Shown here one piece after another: positions 1 through 14,273 of a DNA stretch of 64,000 nucleotides. The notes under the pieces are model-generated. The model was given only the letters and a program-made list of their open reading frames with translations. It did no database searches and was not told the DNA's origin. The position numbers were made by a program, and so were the translations under genes. This stretch comes from Amoebidium appalachense (lineage: Eukaryota; Protista; Ichthyosporea). Position 1 is the stretch's first letter. The number at the start of each line of letters is the position of its first letter. The stretch covers positions 2,728,001-2,792,000 of the forward strand of contig CAVNZM010000006.1 of assembly GCA_963693365.1 (NCBI GenBank). The letters are read 5' to 3'.

Positions 1-709
1 CAAGGGAGAAAGGAAAAGGCACGTGGAAGGAAGTAAGGATGCATGTGCGCACACCGGGCTTGAGCCTTGGAGAGGGGGGAGGGGGATGAACGGAGAGAAG
101 ATATGATAAATACTGATTGAATGAGAGGGGACAAAATGGGGCAACACGTTAGGAGACGTAAAGGATAGAAAGGTACAAAGGTGGAAAGGTAGAAGAGGTT
201 ACGGATTACAGGGGGGAGGAAGGGGGGGGGGGGGGGGGGAGGGGGTTGCGTGTGTTGTGCCTTCCTTTTATGTGTGTCCGGGAAGGGGGGGGGGGGGGGG
301 GGGCTGTCTGTGCATAGAAACGTGGAAAGGTTCAAAGGTGGAAGAGAGAGGGGAAGAGGGAGTTGGAGATAGTTGGGGGGGGGGGGGGGGGGGGGGAGGG
401 GGGAAGGGGGGGAGGCTCCGCCAAATGCCTGCAAGCAATTACCTCACTGACCGGCCATAACCTAGGGGTCCCGACCTGCTCCTGCTGTCAATAGCTGTAT
501 GTGTCGTAGTCCTGTGTGTGTGTGTGTGTGTATGTGTGTATGTGTGTGTGTGTGTGTGTGTGCTTTGTCTGCCTTTTGGTGGCTGCCCGCGTGATCGTTT
601 GTGGTGTGCGAGGGGAAGGGTAAGTGGAGAGTTTGGGGGGGGGGGGGGGGGGGGGACTGGACCATAATACGGGGGGGGGGGGGGGGTCTGGATGTTCTTT
701 TCGGTGCTG

Positions 710-806
<97 letters not shown>

Positions 807-987
807 TGTTCGTGTGTGGTGTGTCCGGAGAGGGGAAGGTGGGTTTGGGGAGGGGGAGGGGGGGGGGGGGAAGAGAGAGAGAGAGAGAGAGCAAAGGGAT
901 CATGGAAGAAGCACGATATCGCTGGACCATAGTACGGAAGGGGTCTGGGTGTTCTTTTCGCTGTTGGTGTGCATATATATATTTATA

Positions 988-1030
<43 letters not shown>

Positions 1031-1642
1031 TGTGTGGTGTTTGTGTGTGCACGTACGAGTGCGAGTGCGAGTGAGCCTATGCCTGCACACATTTTGTGTG
1101 TATGTGGTGTGTGTGCATATGAGGTACATCGGAGCTAATGTGTTTGCGCATCTGTGTACGTGTGGGGCCTTGATTTTTGGGTCGGTGTATATGTTTAAGG
1201 AATGAGTGCCGTGTCCGTTTCCACGGCAATGAATGCCGAGAGGGGAGAGGGGGGGGGGGGAGGTATATGCGTTAGAGAGGGGAACTTGCCGAGGCAAAGG
1301 AATTCAGAATCATATACACAAAAAACATAAAGGCAAAAACCAGTAAATAAAAATTGTTCAGGCAAGAGATACTTATATAGGACCCATTGGGAGGATGGCA
1401 GTTGAAGCAGGTAAAAGCTTAAGAGCCACGTAGAATACTAACACGGTTCAAAGGCAGAGTATGCGAGACATACAAATAAAACATACACCTGACGAAGGGG
1501 AGGGGGGAGGGGGGGTTATTTAGAACCCCAAAATGAAGACCAGTATAATACGCAGAAGGGGAGGGGTGGGGTGGAGAGGGGGAGCTTAGGAAGAAGGCAG
1601 GAATGATTGCAATAGGCAGAAGAGTGGAAACGGGGGGGATAG

Positions 1643-1673
<31 letters not shown>

Positions 1674-2212
1674 AAAGTAAAAACGTTTGCCGCGAACATG
1701 AGGACTGCAACAACTGGATGCCAGCAGTCATCAAAATCGATAACTGCTGAACGAGGGAGAAAGCGGGTGGTGGTAGCACAAGGGAGGGGGACAGACACAA
1801 AGCAATCAGCAGCCAGAAAGAAAAGAGAAAGGATGATGGCACTTCTGTTTGAAGACTAGGCCACCGGGGCCTTCCGGGGGGGGGGGGGGGGGGGAGGGGG
1901 GGTTCGAACGGTGCAAAATATACGTGGGGACGCTCGTTCGTACAGCTATGTCTGGGAGAGCAGGGGTCCTCCGTGGGGATTTGTGAGGAAGAGACGAAGA
2001 GGACCAGCACAAATTTACTGTTGCGAAAAACAGGAGAAGAAGTTGGAGAATAACAAACACGAAGACAACATCAGAGAGGGAAGGAACAGAGAGAGGAGCA
2101 GGGTTAGGCCTCCCCCCCCCCCCCCCAAGCCCCCTGCGTCTCTGGAGTACCTCATTCCCCTCCTCTTTCTCGGTGCCGTTCCCTCACTCCCCTCACTCTC
2201 TCCATCTCTCTT

Positions 2213-2287
<75 letters not shown>

Positions 2288-3946
2288 CCCCCCCCCCCCC
2301 CCCCACCTCCCTCCCTCCCTCATTCCCTCTCTCCAAAACACAAAGCCAACCACATGCAGAGATAAGAATAAAAGAGAAGCATTACGTTTGACTTTCTCCT
2401 CTACCCATAAAAAAGTATACACACGCACGCAGCACACACAGAGGCAACCCAGGGGACAAATATCCATTTACGCCTGCCATTACCAGGTTAACCTGTGAAA
2501 CAAACAGGAGATATTCCCCATGAGGCACGAAATAAAAAAAAATTGCAGACGCAGGTGCATAGGACATAACAGGCAAGTCTGAATACGCGTGGTAGATGAC
2601 GATGGAGAGTGACTTGCAACAACAACAGAACCAGTTCACCATATACCAACACTCCCAAGATGCAGCCCCAAAATTAACAACACCTTAAAGCTGTTGCGTT
2701 AACCCGCGAAAAGAACGCCGTCCAAAACTAGGTGTGTGCTGTGTGCTGAAGAGCTCGAGACCAGCCCTGTCTGCTCCTTACTCGTTCTTTGAAGCGCATG
2801 AGCGATGTGTAAAATATGTAGACAGAAAGTCGACTTGGGAAAACCTCCGCAAGTAATATATGGAACCGTTATTCCTGTTTCGTTCTAATCGTCCTCGTTG
2901 TGATTACTTTGTGATAAGCAGATGTTATCGAGTTATCAGTTTTGATTGGCAAAAAAGTTTCTACCGCTATCTCCCACAACTGTCCCACAATCAAATCCTG
3001 CAATCGGGGTGATGGGTTGAGCCGTTTTTTTTACCTTCCTGAGCAGAAAGCCTTCCATTTTTGGTTATTTCATCTTAGCTTTTTCTAGCTAATGGTGCTG
3101 TTACTCCATTGGTGGGAATGACTACAATGGGCGACCAATCAGGTAATCCCCCCCCTTTCCCCCTTTCTCCATTTCTCCCCTCTCCGCTCTCTTGGCTCGT
3201 TCTCTTCCTTTTGCACGCTTCCCTTGACCCGGCTCGCATGCTTCCCTTGACCCGGCTCGATCTCTCTTCCCGCTCTTCCTCTGACCCGATACGTTGCCCC
3301 TGCACTCCTCTGCACCTCTCTCCGCCATCCAATCACCCGCGTGCATATTCCTGCTCTTTCGCCCCGACTATCCCACATACTTCCCTGGCCAATCAACGCA
3401 CAGTGGGTGTTCCTCCCCTACGTGTGTGCCTCCCCCACTACTGAGCATGTGGTTTTCAAGCGGGAGGAGGCAGCGGTGAGAGACGAAGATCCACCGAGTG
3501 GCTTTGCGGTGAGGTGATTGGTTATTTGTCATGCATTAGTTGTGTTGGATTGCTGGTTTCCATATATAGTTAATGTGGTTCGGTTTTGATTGCATGTTCT
3601 GATTTGGTCAGATTTTAAAGCATTTGATTGGTTTCTTCAGTCTGGCTTCAAATTCCAAATGCATCGTGGGAACGGGTATAAAATGGAGTACATGTCGTTT
3701 GGATTTCAGTCTTTGGTTTTCGTTTTATAATTAGCGTTTGTGTGAGTGACTGGCATCAGAGGTAAAAGGGATTTGTAGAGTTAGTTGGTTGAACTAAGTT
3801 TGGTGGTGCTAGTGTAAAAGAGCAGAAACTAGTTGCCTTAGCTAGCTGTCCTTTTTTCTGTTGATTTCCCCGCCTGTTGTGGGGATAGATGAAGGGGTGT
3901 CCTTGGCCATTGCGCGTTAGGGACACTGTTTCCTTCTTTAGGGTAG

Positions 3947-3995
<49 letters not shown>

Positions 3996-6030
3996 GTACG
4001 TGCACTTACATGCACGTACACACACCATACTTTTCATGGTTCGTTAGATGTCCATCAACAGTTATTCATAATATTCTTTTAGAGTTTTAATTTAAATTTT
4101 TATTTTCAAAAAAAAATAAAAAAATACCATAATTACTTCCACATAACACTGTCACGGCATCCTCTTTGAGAGACCTAGTAATGGATAAAGATATCTGAAC
4201 GACCAATATATCACCCACTGATATGGATCTTTCAAGGCTTTTTAGACAAATGAATATTATTGCTGATTTTTGCGTCGTACATACTACATGCCCTTGTTCA
4301 TGCACCTGTTTGTCCTACATAATACGGACATTTTTAGATCCTCGTCATCTGTTTTTGATCATGATGATTGGATATCTCTAGATCTAGCTTCAGCGAATGG
4401 TGGTTCAGTAGATCTCAGCAAGCATGCGGATACTCTATCACGTAATCACGTGAGCCTATGATCATCATGCTAGACGTGGCTCGTGTGCTATATATGCTTT
4501 GTAGATGCTACTAATAGCTACATAATAAAATATCTAAACAGCTCTATATACGAATACTTATATCCTTAATTCAATCGAAAACTAAAGAGACAATAGTATA
4601 AGGCAAGGTGTGGGCGACGTTGTTTTTCTTTAGCACGCTGTGCGGCTCGATCAGCAACGTGGCTGTGACCAACAACCAATCGCGCACGATTATCCAACGA
4701 TTAGGCTCTCAACCAATCATATCACACTCTAGACGTAGTCGTTTTTATGGAGCCCACCAATCAAAGACAGTTGTACACAAAAAACTGACCAATCGCCACA
4801 TCCCATAATCTTACACAAGTTACACAACAATCACACACACAAATGACTGCAGCAATTTTTAGTAATAACTTATGTATAGGCACTCTGTTCTATTCCTTTT
4901 TTCATTCATAAACAAATATATGCATGAGAAGGGTCGTTTTTTGATTACATCTATGGGACAAAAGACAAAAAATCTACACGATCACATAATTTGCCCCGCC
5001 TCAAAGCCAGTCTTCTCCTTGGTGATCGCAGACTTTAGCTCAAACCCCAAATAGATCTGGCATTGCGCCCCCTTTTACCACAGTTAAGTTTACATTTTCT
5101 GAAATTTAGTCTCAAATCTGTGACAAACCCCCACATAACGTAACAAATCATTTTAAATCCCCCTGTTCATATCCCTCAAATCTACAACACGTGATTTTGA
5201 ATGCTTATTGAAGCATATTTCGGATTTATTGGGCAGCTAGTCAACAGCGACTCACAACGGTGTGCTTGTGCTTTGTCCCGTCACGTTGTGGCTTTTGGTG
5301 TTTTCCACCGTGCACGACAGGCGGGCAAAACAGATAGGCGTTCTACTGTCCGCCTAAAAGTAAACTACGAGCGTGCTTGGTTGTAGCCAACTTAGCTAGC
5401 AGTGTTGATAACAGCATGCATCCAGCTAATAAACACACAGGACACTCTTTCTAGGTTTCCGTTTTCAAAATTTACTTTGTTGGGTTGAGCTAACCGCATG
5501 CTATGCTACATTCAAGTTCTATTCAAGCACACCCATCAAGTCACCGAGTTTTTGTCCCACACAGGTAAACTCGCACGCAGAAAGAAAACAAAAACCTTTC
5601 GCATGTGTTCGAATAGCGTGGACACCAACCCATACTACCGCACATGACACGAAGTGGCTTGCAGGTGACAGTATTAGTCCATGTCATGTGGCACGCGGAT
5701 TAGACAGCACGTTACATCCGATACCGCGTCGCACCCCCTCGTGTTACGCGTAGCACTTTGACTACCCCACAAAACACACTACAAGCTGAAGGGGCTTATC
5801 TGTTTATTCTTTTTTCTTTTTTTAGTACCCAGGTAGGTTAGCCTGGGATTCTGACGCACACGTCGTGTCCAGGCGGATTAAGGGGCCCTTAAAGGCAAGC
5901 AATTTTTTTTTAGTTGCTTTGTGTATCGTGTAATCCCCCACATCCACCTCTCAGTTTGCACAACATCAAATGCACCTTCCCACCGCGGTACATGGGCGCG
6001 ACAGTTTAGGCACACAGACAATCAGGCACT

Positions 6031-7048
6031 ATGTGGCACCTTATTTCTTCCTGTCTCTCCGGCCAGTGTCACCCCTCAACCACCACCAACGACAAGGACT
6101 TTGATTGTGTGTCTGTGGACACAGGAAAAAAACTAACGTCGGCAGAGGTGTGGGGAGACGCCAAGCACATCGGCTCATGCACGGAAGCGCACAGGGAGAA
6201 ACCAGGTGTTATCAGAGGTGTGCCTGAGAAAATGGTTGCAAACGAAATGGTTTCCGTAGGAGTTGTGCGTGCGGTGGATGTGTCTGTGGTTTCTGTCCCT
6301 GCTTGCCCAAAGCCCTCCCCACCTTCCCCCGTTCTCCCGGCCACACCCGAAAGCCAAAGAAGTGGGAGTGATTCGGATGACAGTTGCGCTGGAGGGATTG
6401 TAAGAAGGTCAGAGACGGGAGGGAGCGCACAGTCGGGGAGTGGTGCAAATACACCAACGGGTGGAAGGTCACAGATGGTTCCACCTTCCCCTCCCTATGC
6501 GTCACTCGAGGAGACGGAGTACCAGCTTGTGCGGGTGTTAGCAAATAACCAGGAGAGCTCGGTCAAGTTGATGCGGAACAGGTGGGTGCATGGTGGGGGT
6601 GAGGGTGTGTGGGTGTGCAGGCTCTGAAAGTTTGTGTCTACGCGCTTTTCTCTGGCATGGGTTTTGTGTTGTGTTTCCTTTGCTTACCTGTGTTGCCGTG
6701 CCCATTTTTGCATCAAACATTTGACTTGTTGGTGGCCACATCCAGCAGAGCACGACATCTTGGCAGAGCATTGTATGCAGCCCTCGTCCTGCCTAGGCAT
6801 GCTTGATACAATCAGACCACACCACCCTCCTTCCCCCCTTTTGGCACGTATGCGAACAGTTTTTCTACCTAATCGTGTTCCAGCAATGACCCTCTACCCC
6901 AGGAACACGCACACGCACACACCTTCTCTTCGTGCACTTCCATCCATTCGTACACACAATACCGTCTGTGGTTCAAGGATTCTTCTCGGTGCGGCTTTTA
7001 CCCCCTCCGCACTTCATTTCACCGGCCACGCCATGGCGTTCCCCTCCT

Positions 7049-7095
<47 letters not shown>

Positions 7096-7492
7096 GCGCA
7101 TGTATCACCTGCACCGTTTTTCTCATCCTGTAGTTGTACTTTGTACTGTGTTCCATATTCTAATCCCCCAAAACCACACAGAATCACGGGTGAGCTTTTG
7201 GCCTTCAAATGTGCCAAAAAAAGCAGCCCAAAGGCAGTGCGAGGTCTTGCATGTGAAGCTGCGCTTCTTGAAGGAGTATCACACCCCAATTTGGTGAAAT
7301 ACTACGGCACACTTACATACGGGGACGAGTATTGTGTGGTGTTGGAATTTCTGCCCGGGGGGGGATCTATTTGATGCCGTGGAGGCCGACATTGGGCTGG
7401 ATATGGCCACGGCCAGGGCCTACTTTGTGCAGCTGTGCCATGCCGTGGCCTACCTGCATGCCATGGGCATCGCACACCGTGACCTCAAGGTT

Positions 7493-7528
<36 letters not shown>

Positions 7529-7655
7529 TTTTGTTTTGTCTTACCCTCCATACAATCACTCCTCCCCCTCCCCTCACACGCGGAAAACTTGCAAGTGGTG
7601 TTGTCCGTTGTGAATGTGTACTTTTTATTCTTTAACACACTCTCACCCGCTGCCC

Positions 7656-7743
<88 letters not shown>

Positions 7744-8309
7744 ACCCCACCCCACCCCCTCCCTCGCTCTCTCTTACTCCCCCCCTCCCCCTCCCCCCTC
7801 TCTCTTGCGCTCTACACTCCCCATTTGCTTCCTCTCCCTCGCAGTGGGAATGGGCTTTGCCTAATAAAGTTACATATGCCTAGTATGTGCCAAATCGCAT
7901 ATCTGCATATTCTAGGTTTTGTGTAGTCTTAAACTCATCCTAACCTCCCCCCCCTTCTCCCTCCCCTCCTCCCCCTTCCCCTTTGCGGGACTGCCCTGCA
8001 CCTGCCAACATAAAGCCCGTACACGTGCACACACACACACACACACAAACACGTACACACACACGTGCAGCCAGAAAATGTTGTACTGTCATCAGACGGG
8101 CAGTGCAAGATCATCGACCTTGGGCTTGCTAGTGCACAAACAGGGCGGCATTACAAGGTTGTAGGCACAGTGCCCTACATGGCCCCCGAGGTTTTGGCCT
8201 GTGGCCAGCCCGGGGAGGAGGCAACCAACCCCCAGAACAGTTATGAGCCCAAGCAGGCCGACTACTGGAGTCTGGGCATCATACTGTTTGCTCTGTGCAC
8301 CGTATGGAC

Positions 8310-8362
<53 letters not shown>

Positions 8363-8873
8363 ACACACATACACACGGGTGCACACGCACACACATGCGC
8401 CACCGATTTAAATTCCCTTTCTGTATCTGCTATAGCCGCACAACCCCGACTCTCTCCACCTTCTTGCACACACAGACACGCACTCACTCACCTAGCCCCT
8501 TTCCCCTCCCCTCCCCTCCCCCCCCCCCCCCCCCCCCATCACTATCTACTCCTTCTCTGACCTTCCGACATTAACCACGTCACTAGCCTCCCCCCTTCCC
8601 CCCTTTCCACCCCCGGGGGAGCCCCCCACCCTCGGCACGGGCATACACACGCACACACCTGGTAACATGAAGTGAGGTAATGTATGTGCAGCATCCAAAA
8701 TCCCTTCCTCCTCCTCCTCCCCCCCCCCCCCCATCTTCCCCTGATCCTCCAATACTGCATACTCGTATGTGTGTGCTCTGCCAATCCTAGATTGTGTATG
8801 TCGTCGTACATGTATGATTTATAACATGTAACATGCTCTAATCCTCACCCCCTCTCCCTCCCTCCCCTTCCCC

Positions 8874-8908
<35 letters not shown>

Positions 8909-9282
8909 CACACACACACACACACACACAGGGCCGGTTCCCGTGGTCCCAGGCCTCAGCCACGCACAGCCGCGAGTATCGGCGCTATCTTGCCCACGAG
9001 TTCAGCCACTTCCCCTGGTGCAGGCTACACCCTCACGTCCTCTCCCTCCTGCGGGGACTAATCTCGCCCAATCCCTCCCAACGATGGACCGTCGATCAGG
9101 CCCTAAATTTCGTCGATCAGTACTGGCCCGGACCCCCCGTGCGCATGGCACCCCCTACACCAATGGCATCACCGGAACAGTTGACAAATAAGGTTAACAG
9201 GGCGCAGATTTCAGTGGACCGGTGGATGGCTAAGGAGAATGCGGGTGTGCGGCCGTTGGAATGCGCTGCAGGTGCAGTGTAA
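6031..9282 (+). CDS. Ser/Thr protein kinase, Chk1-like catalytic domain; 4 exons, one apparent 1-nt frameshift
   Basis: Exons ~6031-6581, 7182-7489, 8071-8301, 8932-9282 with GT-AG borders. Motifs: AFK, HPNLVKYY, PGGDLFDAVEADIGL, YLHAMGIAHRDLK|PEN, KIIDLG, GTVPYMAPE, ADYWSLGIILFALCT|GRFPW. The segment GGDLFDAVEADIGLDMATARAYFVQL resembles Chk1 ([26 protein letters not shown], recalled). Start codon uncertain; frameshift at ~7345-7364. Confidence 0.85.
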
Positions 9283-9520
9283 TTGGCTGTTGCTAAGCAG
9301 GGGGTGTGGTTTGATATGTTGTGTGTAATAGGTGCACAGAGATATGTACCGTATATGCTCTGTGTTTTGGCTGGCGCTTCATTTGACTAAATACGTCGGT
9401 TTCCTTTTTTATGCTTTGCACCATACTGAGTAATACTGTTTTAAAGAAGATTTAATTTGTGCATGCTGTTGGGCTCCCCCTGCTGAAGGAGGTAGCAGTT
9501 TCCTTTCCTTCTTTGTTCCT

Positions 9521-9553
<33 letters not shown>

Positions 9554-9567
9554 TCAAGGTTTCTCCC

Positions 9568-9599
<32 letters not shown>

Positions 9600-10130
9600 C
9601 TGGCAAAGGTCAATCTTTTTTCATGTACATATCATTCTTTGGGAAACAGCTTCACATATGAGCCCAATTCCGAACCCACCCACAGGTACATATAGAGCGG
9701 CCTGGAAGGGAACTTAGAATATTTGCATACTGTTTATATTCGTGTTTTTGGATTTATGTTTGTAGAACTTAATGAATATTGTGAAAACTTTGTTGACGTG
9801 TACCAGAGAGTATCAGGGTCTGGTCGCTTTATAGTGTGTACATAGCATGCAGTTTTGACTGTCAGCCGTGTAAGTAGATGAATATTCTCAGTACATAGAA
9901 TACGAAATTCCCATGCGGAGAAACAACAATAAATTATTTAATTGAAGGCAACTGTGTATGTCTCACAACTGATCTCTGCACGTGCCTATCGGTATTTACA
10001 CCCGAGTTCAAGAGCGCTAACAGCTATACGAGTGCAAGTGATAACTACTTTATGTATGTAGCTACATATATTATCCGTTTATTGCTTGCGACTTACTAAG
10101 TTAGGTCGCAACACCCCCCCCCCCCCCCCG

Positions 10131-10243
10131 CCCCCCTGAGGATGGGCTCTGCTTATTATGCATCCTCTTTATGTATGGCTTGCATTCTGCATCGTGTTAT
10201 CCGTTTGTTCTTGTGTACTTCGTACTTTTTGACGCATTCAAAC
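10131..10243 (+). repeat. Copy of dispersed poly-C-terminated repeat
   Basis: CCTGAGGATGGGCTCTGCTTATTATGCAT...GACGCATTCAAA followed by a C-run; near-identical to 42031-42167 and 54857-54998. Confidence 0.9.
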
Positions 10244-10802
10244 CCCCCCCCCCCCCCCCAGTGGAGCTTCGCGGCTCCACAATTGTCCTCCTCCTCCTCC
10301 TCCGCCCCTGCGGCCACAAATGATGCACACAAAATCTTGGTGTGTGCTCTGCAAAACCTGTGTCCGACATCACATATGCACCTTTGTACATACCTCCCCC
10401 GGCCCCCTCCATGATGCAACATAGGCCTCTCGGCATGCGCATTACATGTGTTGTCCGTCGTGAATGCATATATGAGTGTGTCTTGGGACCGCTGACGCAA
10501 TATTGTCACCCCCCCTCCCCCCCCCCCCCCCCCCCTCCCCCCAGGTCCGCCCCAACACAAATTGTTACACACACACGTGTGTGTACACGACCTGTGTACA
10601 CGTGCACACACAAACAAAAAAATCCAATTTTAGCTAACTTGAGCTAAGTATTTGCACAGATTGAAAGTATGCACCAGACTAAGTTGGACGACCGCCTGAC
10701 ATGTACTCAGGCACAGACAAAATTTCAACCACATACAAGCTGAGAATGCTTAAACCAACCACCGCTAGCATTGGTTGCTTTAACAAAGATCTGCAGTACG
10801 AG

Positions 10803-10834
<32 letters not shown>

Positions 10835-10972
10835 TATAGTCGGGGGCCCAGGACGTCAGGCAGGCGGAAGTTATAATTACCCCCCCTCCCCCCCCCCCCT
10901 CCCCCCTCCCCCTCCCCCCCCAAAAAAAAGGAAAGAAAGAAAGAAAGAAAGAAAGAAAAAGCCACAACATTT

Positions 10973-11045
<73 letters not shown>

Positions 11046-12210
11046 TGTGTGTCTGTGTGTGTGTTTGGGGGGGGGGGGGGGGGGGAGGGGGGGGAGGGGG
11101 GGAAACGTTTAAAAATAGGTCAGGAATTGACGGGTTAAAACCCCGAGTCCTCGGTGTTTTGTACAGGAAAAAATCAGATTCTGGAAAGAAAAACGGAAAT
11201 ATGTTGCTCGGCCTGTACCGTAGTATGATGCAATTGCTGATATATCATGAAATGTTGTGCGGGTTTACCGTTGCAATGATACGTACAATCACTGCGACCA
11301 CTGGAAACATGTGCAGCACATCACAGTTGTGTCCTTGTTGTACCCAGTAGGACCGGTGCATCCCGCACCGTGGTCTGGGATGTATAAGAAGAAGATAAAA
11401 GAAAACATCTTCTTCCTCATCATCATCCATGGCCAAGACCATGTTGCGGAGAGTGGCGCCAGTTGCACAACCATGCACCCTTGCAGCTGCCTCTCTCTGC
11501 CTCCCTCCCCCTATGCCTTCCCAACCTCCCCCCAGCTCCAGGTTTTCCAACTGTCCCCACCTCACGATAACTCTACCCTAGCCCTTCAATCTTCTCAGGA
11601 AACAACAAAAAACAATCCGTTGAACCCAAGTGGGCTGGATGGCACAGCTGCACGGTCATCACTGCACAGGCATAGTGCCAATGCTTTGCAGAGTTAATTA
11701 AGGGTTGCTTAATGTGATAACGCACTAACGTTGTTGTGGTTTTTTTTTTTGCACTGTAGATGTTAATGTAAGAGCATATTTGTTATTACATCTGAAGCTA
11801 GAGTGTGCGAACACTTCCCCGCATCCCCTGAGTCTACATGTATATCTGTGATAATAATAAGCAAGTACTTCATGATCTAGGCTCCCCCCCAAACCCCTTC
11901 CCCCCCTCCCCTCAAAGGCACCACATATACATGCACATATACACCCCATGAACCTACACACGAGCACCCGCACACACCTGCCGCTGACAATGTTAGACCT
12001 GGGCGGTATTTATTCTGATAGCCGGATATCCTTGAATATATGCATAATGTTAATAGCCGTGCTGGATTCGGAACGTACCCAGCTACGCCACCTTGCACAC
12101 GTACAAAAGGCAGTGCGTGATAGCTCTGTCCTAAATACAGACGGTCAAGAGCAAAGCTTGCAGCTATCTATATTGTCATGGCTTGCCTTTCTGTTAACGT
12201 TGTCTGCGGA

Positions 12211-12492
12211 TGCTTACCGTACACACATGGCACCAAGGCTTCACACATGGTTTCAAGACACAGCCACTGCAGATTACTGATCATGAGAACATCATCATCT
12301 CCCAAAACTCCCGGCCCCTTGGAAAAGGCGTGGCTTCGAATTCGTTTTTATTATTATTTAAAGGCCTATATGGGGGTTTACACACTTTTTATTGCGTGGA
12401 CATTGCCGGAGGCCCAGCCACATTCGACGGCCTACTGCGTTTTCCAGCACAGCCAATCAAATGCAGCCAGTGACATATGTACATGCTAGGCA
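12211..12492. mobile_element. Degenerate MITE-like dispersed repeat (related copy at ~19131-19215, opposite strand)
   Basis: GACGGCCTACTGCGTTT(T)CCAGC.CAGCCAATCAAATGCAGC.AG.GACAT is shared with the reverse complement of 19131-19215; TGCTTACCGT.CAC at 12211 forms an imperfect opposite end. Confidence 0.55.
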
Positions 12493-13907
12493 ACAATGAG
12501 CGCCATTTATATATAATGTCTTTATTGATATGCTCAGCAAAATAGAAGCCATCGAGATATCACCTATATCTCGGAGAAGAAAATACAAAAGCCCTCACTC
12601 TCGGATATGGAGGAGATAATGACTTAAATAATGATAGTGTGAGGACATCTCCCTTCAGCGGAGTTTCTCGCTTGAGGAGTGGTTTTTTCGACATCTGGTG
12701 GCCCACTGCAACTTACGGCGACTTCTACACGCTATCTACGCTTCTATGCGAGCTATTGGCGGTGGGCTGCTGCAACTTCTTCAACTGCTTCTGCGCTGCG
12801 TGAGTGGAGGGGTAGCTACTGGGTCGTCGAGGAGCTTTCCTTGTGGCTGCCGTGTTTTCAGCCTTCAGCAGTATGGCAATGACTGGGTTTTCTTCCATGC
12901 ATTCTGTAGTTGTGTTTTCCTGTGAGTCCTGCTACAACTAGGCCACTTATCAAAGATTTAGAGACAGTTTCTGCGGTTTTCTAGGGGACGGGCCCGTGGG
13001 GATTGTTTTCTCGCTCGGATTCGGTCTGCATTGCTCTTTAAAGGGCTGACTTGCTTGCTGTGCCCCGGTGGGTTTTGAGGGGGGCCTGGCAATTGGGGGG
13101 CAGCAGTAATGATGTCTTCTTGCGGAGTGTGGCCTGGTCATCATCGCTGCATATGACTAGTTGGAGCAAACTAGTTTCACGCATACACGTGCACTTGTAC
13201 CTTTGCCCGCTGGTGTCCTTTGGTCACTTGTTGTTTTATTTTTATTTCATCGCTGTGGCTCTTTCGAAGTTGGTTATTTTGGTGGTCACGGTAGCCTGTG
13301 GCTGCACGTTGCCTTCATATCCACTGGACCACTGCTCAATAAATCCCAGTCGAGAGAAAAAAATAATCATACACCCTAGAATACTCGTTAAACATACGGT
13401 GGTTCAACAGATAGTCAATAGACGTAATATCAGGATTATCTAAATAGGCCAGTCTTCTAATTTCTAACGGAATAATCTGAGATAAATAAATACATCTATC
13501 TAAGTGTTTACGAGAAAAAGGTTCTGCACAAAAGTGGCACAAAAATTTATGGAAACAAAGGTTACAGCGCCAAAACAAACATTTCCAAGCTATATCACAA
13601 GGAGGGGTTAGAATTGCAAAATCGGTAAGTGTGGTGATCCGACTCATGGTCATGGACAGCCTAGGCCTCATGACAGGTGATCAGACAGACAGTGACAACT
13701 TCTTTTTTTGGGAAAGGGATGTGCTATTTACTATCGATATACATTGGAGGCTGTAGTAAATTTTTTCGGCACTAACAGTACCTCAACCCAACAAGGGACT
13801 CTGTATTAGAGTCAATCATGGGGACTGTCAAAGGCCAAGGATAGTCGATATATCGGATATCCCATTTGAATACAGCTGAAATTCAAGCTGTCAACGACAA
13901 TTTTACA

Positions 13908-14273
13908 TTTCGCGGTCGCCCGTCACACATTGGAGTATCAGGAGACTACCCGTTCATAACTTCTCATCCAATAGCCAATAGGAAGAGGCCCTCACTCCGC
14001 GACATTACCATATCGGTTATCTTTTCCCGCCACATCCCACACATTCCTAAAACCTCACTCCACTTTGTGCCAATGTACCAAGGCCGTCAAACAACGATAA
14101 TTTTAATTTCGCGGCCGCCCGTGACACATTGGAGTATCAGGAGACTAACCGTTCATAACTTCTCATCCAATAGCCAATAGGAAGAGGCCCTTACTCCGCG
14201 ACATCACCATATTGGGTTATCTTTTCCCGCCACATTCCACACATTCCTAAAACCTCACCCCACTTTGTGCCAA
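13908..14273. repeat. Tandem duplication, ~198-bp period
   Basis: ATTTCGCGG...CACATTGGAGTATCAGGAGACTA...CACTTTGTGCCAA occurs at ~13908-14073 and ~14106-14273 with few differences. Confidence 0.9.

Noticed and set aside
440-2800. Possible spliced minus-strand gene (exon-like blocks at ~2495-2468, 2018-1947, 1748-1685, 512-443)
   Set aside because: Splice-like borders exist, but I could not build a consistent frame or recognise a domain; these may be UTR exons of a gene outside the window.
4130-4430. Minus-strand 'CPYYVGQT' resembling a GIY-YIG (Penelope) motif
   Set aside because: A single short motif flanked by stops, with no other support.
11245-11565. Minus-strand 'MDDDEEEDVFFYLLL...RSYWVQ' resembling a Harbinger transposase N-terminus
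   Set aside because: No downstream HTH/DDE motifs or TIRs were found.
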